The notes under the pieces were generated by a model, which was not told the DNA's origin, made no database searches, and saw only the letters and a list, made by a program, of their open reading frames with translations. This document shows, piece after piece, positions 59,642-64,000 of a stretch of 64,000 bases of DNA. Made by a program: the position numbers and the translations under genes. The stretch comes from Oscillospiraceae bacterium (GTDB lineage Bacteria; Bacillota; Clostridia; Oscillospirales; CAG-272). Positions within the stretch are counted from its first letter, which is position 1, and every line of letters starts with the position of its first letter. The stretch covers positions 2,583 through 66,582 of the forward strand of contig SVUK01000004.1 in assembly GCA_015063325.1 (NCBI GenBank), read 5' to 3'.

Positions 59642-61390
59642 ATGGAACTTTACGCGGTTTTGTCGCTCATCGGAGGATTGGCGTTTTTCCTGTTTGGAAT
59701 GCACACCATGTCGTCCTCGCTTTCCAAAATGGCGTCAGGAGGTTTGGAGCGCACGCTCAAAAAGGTTACGTCCAAGCCTATTTTGAGCCTTTTGCTGGGC
59801 GTTGTTATCACGGTTGCCATGCAGTCCTCCTCGGCAACCACCGTCATGCTGGTGGGACTTGTCAGTTCGGGGCTCATGCAATTTTCGCAAACCATCTACG
59901 TCATTTTGGGCGCCAATGTGGGTACAACGCTGACGGCGTGGATTCTGTCGCTTTCGGGAATTCAAAATGAGGCGGTTTGGGTGCAAATGCTTAAACCCTC
60001 GCATTTTTCGCCCATTGTTGCCATTATCGGCATTATGTTGTTGATGTTTACGAAAACCGATAAAAAGAAGACGATCGGAACCGTGATGATCGGTTTTGCG
60101 CTTTTGATGTTCGGTATGACGCTGATGAGCGACGCGGTCAGTCCGCTGGCGGCAAAGCCTGAATTCAAGGACGTTTTGGAAAGTCTTGCAAATCCATATC
60201 TCGGCCTTTTCGTTTCCCTCGGCTTTACCGCTGTGGTGCAGAGCTCGGCGGCAACCATCGGCGTATTGCAGGCGATTTCGCTGTCAGGCGGTATGAGTTA
60301 TTCCATGGCGATTCCGATGATTATGGGACTGAATATCGGTACCTGCGCAACCTCGCTCATCTCCTGCATTGGGGCGAACACCAACGCCAAGCGCGTTGCC
60401 GTTTCGCACCTGACCATTAAGATTTTAGGTGCGCTGGTCGGACTTCCGGTCTTCCTTTTATTAGAGTATTTCGGGCTTTTGCCCTTCGCGGCGGACGCCG
60501 TTTCACCGTGGGGGATTGCACTGATCCACACCGTTTATAACCTGATTTTAACGCTTTTGTTCCTGCCGCTTGCCAAACCGCTGACAAAACTTGTGGAAAA
60601 GCTGGTGCGCGAAAAGAAAAAGGATGAACGCGAGGAGGTTTTTACGCTGGACGAACGTTTGTTGCGCGTCCCCTCGGTCGCCATTGCCGAATGTGCCAAC
60701 AAGACCGGCGAAATGTGCTCCATTGCCTGCAGCATTTTGCAGGATTCTTTTGAGATTCTGTTTGACTACAAAAAAGAAATTGCCGCAAAGATTGAGGAGC
60801 AGGAAAACAAGCTGGATCTTTTGGAAGATAAACTCGGCACTTATCTTGTTCCGCTCGGCACCAAAAATCTTTCGGTGGCGGATAGCCGCAAGGTTTCGGA
60901 AATGCTGCACACCATCGGCGATTTTGAGCGGCTCGGCGACCATGCCGTCAACCTGATGAAAGTCTCGCGAGAAATTGCCGAGAAGGAGATTGTTTTTTCC
61001 GAGGACGCCACCGCGGAATTGAAAACGGCAATGGCGGCGGCAACCGAAATTTTGGATTTGACCGAAGAGGCATACCGCACCGGAAACGCCGAACTTGCCC
61101 GTAGGGTTGAGCCGCTGGAGCAGGTGATTGATCGTCTGATTTCTTCCACCAAGGATCACCATATCGACCGCCTGGTTGCCGGAAATTGCACCATTGAGCA
61201 TGGATTTGTCCTTTCGGATATTTTGACGAATATTGAACGGATTTCCGACCATTGCTCCAATGTTGCCGTTGCGCTGATCGAACTGGGACACAATTCCTTT
61301 GAAACGCACCAATACCTCAATGATGTCAAATCGGGCAACGAGGAGTTCGAGCGGCAGTATGCGTTCTATGCCGAAAAATACGGCGTCTGA
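59642..61390 (+). CDS. Na+/phosphate cotransporter with C-terminal PhoU domains
   Basis: Repeated QSSSATT/QSSAAT and GANVGT/GLNIGT; ERLGDH and ERISDH. Confidence 0.93.
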   Translation: MELYAVLSLIGGLAFFLFGMHTMSSSLSKMASGGLERTLKKVTSKPILSLLLGVVITVAMQSSSATTVMLVGLVSSGLMQFSQTIYVILGANVGTTLTAWILSLSGIQNEAVWVQMLKPSHFSPIVAIIGIMLLMFTKTDKKKTIGTVMIGFALLMFGMTLMSDAVSPLAAKPEFKDVLESLANPYLGLFVSLGFTAVVQSSAATIGVLQAISLSGGMSYSMAIPMIMGLNIGTCATSLISCIGANTNAKRVAVSHLTIKILGALVGLPVFLLLEYFGLLPFAADAVSPWGIALIHTVYNLILTLLFLPLAKPLTKLVEKLVREKKKDEREEVFTLDERLLRVPSVAIAECANKTGEMCSIACSILQDSFEILFDYKKEIAAKIEEQENKLDLLEDKLGTYLVPLGTKNLSVADSRKVSEMLHTIGDFERLGDHAVNLMKVSREIAEKEIVFSEDATAELKTAMAAATEILDLTEEAYRTGNAELARRVEPLEQVIDRLISSTKDHHIDRLVAGNCTIEHGFVLSDILTNIERISDHCSNVAVALIELGHNSFETHQYLNDVKSGNEEFERQYAFYAEKYGV

Positions 61391-61465
61391 TTTTTTCGGG
61401 AGAAAAAAGGTTCCTATTTTAATAAAATGATTGACAAACCGTTTTTTTTGTGTTAAACTGATAGT

Positions 61466-61728
61466 CGAACGACGAAGACGGAGTCCCACGGACGGAGCAA
61501 TTTGCAGAGAGCGCGCAGTTGGTGAAAGCGCGCAGTTGTGCCGGAAGTATAAAGGGGTATCGCTCCCGAGTCGGTCTTGCCGAAGATTTTGGATCCCTTT
61601 TCCAAATTGCGTAAGCAGATCCGTTCCACCGCGTTAAGGAGAAAAAGTGCGCCGCTTTGCGGCGAAGATGAGTGGTACCGCGGAGTTTTTTCCGTCTCAT
61701 GCCGTTTGGCATGAGACGGTTTTTTATT
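61466..61728 (+). promoter_or_regulatory. Ile T-box riboswitch leader
   Basis: AGAGA and GGTGAAA stem I motifs; AUC specifier at 61559-61561; T-box AAGATGAGTGGTACCGCG; terminator CCGTCTCATGCC...GGCATGAGACGG followed by a T run; promoter TTGACA(61431)-17 bp-TAAACT. Confidence 0.92.
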
Positions 61729-61780
61729 AAGACTCAAAAATCTTTGGAATTCAGAAATTTACAAATATAGGAGTCAGAAA

Positions 61781-64000
61781 ATGGCAAAAGATTACACAAG
61801 CACCCTGAATTTGCCGGCAACCGAGTTTCCCATGCGCGCAAATTTGCCCGAACGGGAACCGGGAATGCTGGAATACTGGCAAAAGATCAAACTTTACGAT
61901 CTTTTGCAAAAGAACGGCGCCGGAAAGCCCATGTTCAATATCCATGACGGGCCTCCGTTCTCCAACGGAAACATCCACATGGGAACGGCGATGAACAAAA
62001 TTCTTAAGGATATCATCAACAAATCAAAAACGATGGCAGGGTTCCACGTGCCCTACTACCCCGGCTGGGATAACCATGGAATGCCCATCGAATCCGCCAT
62101 CATTAAGCAGAATAAATTGGACCGCAAGAAGATGTCCATTCCCGAGTTCCGAAACGCCTGCCACAAATTTGCGCAGGACTTTGTGGAAAAGCAAATGGAT
62201 CAGTTCAAGCGGTTGGGCGTCACGGCGGATTGGGAGCACCCTTATCTGACCATGAACCCCTCGTTTGAGGCAAACGAAATCAAGGTGTTCGGCGAGATGT
62301 ACCGCCGCGGCTATATCTATAAGGGTATGAAGCCGGTTTATTGGTGCCCCCATGATGAAACCGCTCTTGCCGAAGCTGAAATTGAGTACCAGACCGACGC
62401 CTGCACCTCCATTTACGTCAAATTCCGCGTCAAGGACGACCAAGGTAAATTGGCGAGCATTTGCGATCTTTCCAAAACCTATTTCGTTATTTGGACGACC
62501 ACGACTTGGACCCTCCCCGGCAACCAGGCGATTGCTCTGAACCCGGTGGAGGACTACGTTCTGGCGCGTGCCGAAAACGGCGAGACCTATATTCTTGCCG
62601 AGGCGCTTTGCGAAAAGACCATGAAAGCCGCCGGTATAGAAAAATGGGAAATTCTTGCAACCTTCAAAGGGCAGGATTTTGAATACATGACCGCGCGGCA
62701 CCCGTTCCTGAATCGGGAGAGCCTTGTGGTTGTCGCCGACTACGTCACCATGGATAGCGGTACCGGTTGCGTGCATACCGCCGGCGGTTTCGGCGCCGAC
62801 GATAACGTTACCTGCCGCCGCTACAAACTGCCTCCGCTTGTTCCGGTGGATGACCGCGGCTACCAGACCGCCGAGGCAGGCAAATTTGCCGGACTGCGCT
62901 ACGACGAATCCAACAAAGCGATTCTCGAAGACCTCAAAGAAACCGGCGCGCTCCTCGCCTCCGAGGAATTGACGCACGAATATCCGCACTGCTGGCGATG
63001 CAAACAGCCCATCATCTTCCGCGCAACGCCGCAGTGGTTCTGCTCCGTGGAAGCTTTTAAAGAGGACGCCGTTCGCGCGGCGGACGCTGTACAATGGCTT
63101 CCCGAATGGGGCGGCGAACGCATGAAGCAGATGATCCGCGAGCGCGCTGACTGGTGCATTTCCCGTCAGCGCCACTGGGGCTTGCCCATTCCGGTATTCT
63201 ACTGTGAAGACTGCAAAAAGCCGATCGTGACCGAAGAAACCATCGAAGCCGTTTCCAAAGCCTTTGGCGAGAGCGGTTCTAACGTATGGTATGAAAAGAC
63301 AGCCGCCGAGCTGCTTCCTGCCGGCTTTACCTGTCCGCATTGCGGCGGAAAGTCCTTCAGCCAAGAGACCGATACGTTGGACGGTTGGTTCGATTCGGGT
63401 TCTTCCCATTTTGCCGCCAACGATAACGCCGGCTATCGCATTCCCGCCGACCTCTATCTGGAAGGCGCCGACCAGTATCGCGGTTGGTTCCAGTCCTCGC
63501 TTTTAACGGCTGTCGGTGCCGGTAAGACCGCAGAGGCGCCCTATCGCACCGTTTTGACCCACGGCTGGGTGGTGGACGGCGAAGGCAAAGCAATGCACAA
63601 GTCGCTCGGCAACTCGGTCCTCCCCTCGGATGTTATTCCCAAGTACGGCGCCGATCTCGTTCGCCTTTGGATTGCTTCGTCGGATTATCGCGTTGACGTT
63701 CGCGTGTCGGATCCCATTTTCCGTCAGCTGTCGGACGCCTACCGCAAGATCCGCAACACCGCGCGTATTCTGATTGCCGATTTGAATGATTTTGATCCGA
63801 ATACCGACGCGCTTCCGTTAGATACGTTGCCCGAGATCGACCGCTGGATCGTCTCGCGCATGAACGATTTGACCAAGACGGTGCGCCAATCCTATGCCGA
63901 TTATGAATTCCACGTGATTTACCACGAAATCGGTAACTTCTGCGTCAACGAGCTTTCTAAACTCTATATTGACATTACCAAAGACCGCGTTTACGTCGAA
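61781..64000 (+). CDS. ileS: Isoleucyl-tRNA synthetase (type 1), runs off the right edge
   Basis: TLNLPATEFPMRANL, HDGPPFSNG, PGWDNHGMPIE, WTTTTWTLP, DWCISRQRHWG, EGADQYRGWF; absent from the ORF track because there is no stop in the window. Confidence 0.97.
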   Translation, partial: MAKDYTSTLNLPATEFPMRANLPEREPGMLEYWQKIKLYDLLQKNGAGKPMFNIHDGPPFSNGNIHMGTAMNKILKDIINKSKTMAGFHVPYYPGWDNHGMPIESAIIKQNKLDRKKMSIPEFRNACHKFAQDFVEKQMDQFKRLGVTADWEHPYLTMNPSFEANEIKVFGEMYRRGYIYKGMKPVYWCPHDETALAEAEIEYQTDACTSIYVKFRVKDDQGKLASICDLSKTYFVIWTTTTWTLPGNQAIALNPVEDYVLARAENGETYILAEALCEKTMKAAGIEKWEILATFKGQDFEYMTARHPFLNRESLVVVADYVTMDSGTGCVHTAGGFGADDNVTCRRYKLPPLVPVDDRGYQTAEAGKFAGLRYDESNKAILEDLKETGALLASEELTHEYPHCWRCKQPIIFRATPQWFCSVEAFKEDAVRAADAVQWLPEWGGERMKQMIRERADWCISRQRHWGLPIPVFYCEDCKKPIVTEETIEAVSKAFGESGSNVWYEKTAAELLPAGFTCPHCGGKSFSQETDTLDGWFDSGSSHFAANDNAGYRIPADLYLEGADQYRGWFQSSLLTAVGAGKTAEAPYRTVLTHGWVVDGEGKAMHKSLGNSVLPSDVIPKYGADLVRLWIASSDYRVDVRVSDPIFRQLSDAYRKIRNTARILIADLNDFDPNTDALPLDTLPEIDRWIVSRMNDLTKTVRQSYADYEFHVIYHEIGNFCVNELSKLYIDITKDRVYVE

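Overview
Chromosomal window (about 50% GC) from a spore-forming Bacillota, most likely Clostridia. Housekeeping content: secA, recA-recX, a split methionine synthase/metF operon, aspartate kinase, malQ with an MFS permease, gerA/C/B, nagB/AraC/NahK-like kinase, an Fe3+-type ABC system, a Na/Pi cotransporter, T-box-controlled ileS and tRNA-Gly(CCC). Three accessory surface-protein loci sit among these genes (about 1-6.9 kb, a decayed island at tRNA-Gly about 31-41.9 kb, and 46.1-49.7 kb). The main unexplained signal is that all three loci contain a 39-48 aa ORF missed by the ORF track. These ORFs share the leader M-K/N-K...(Y/F)xxPxI-x8-D(I/L)(I/L)T(A/T)S and each lies next to a large secreted protein carrying a seemingly homologous, unnamed domain. 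In one locus a small lipoprotein ends in a mimic of the peptide's tail. Other signals: tandem DUF6273-like domains split only by an in-frame TAG, with a DGR-VR-like C-terminus; two covarying four-way-junction elements bracketing that locus; and a LexA-boxed promoter facing three hairpins inside an integrase remnant. All calls were made by eye, with no database searches.
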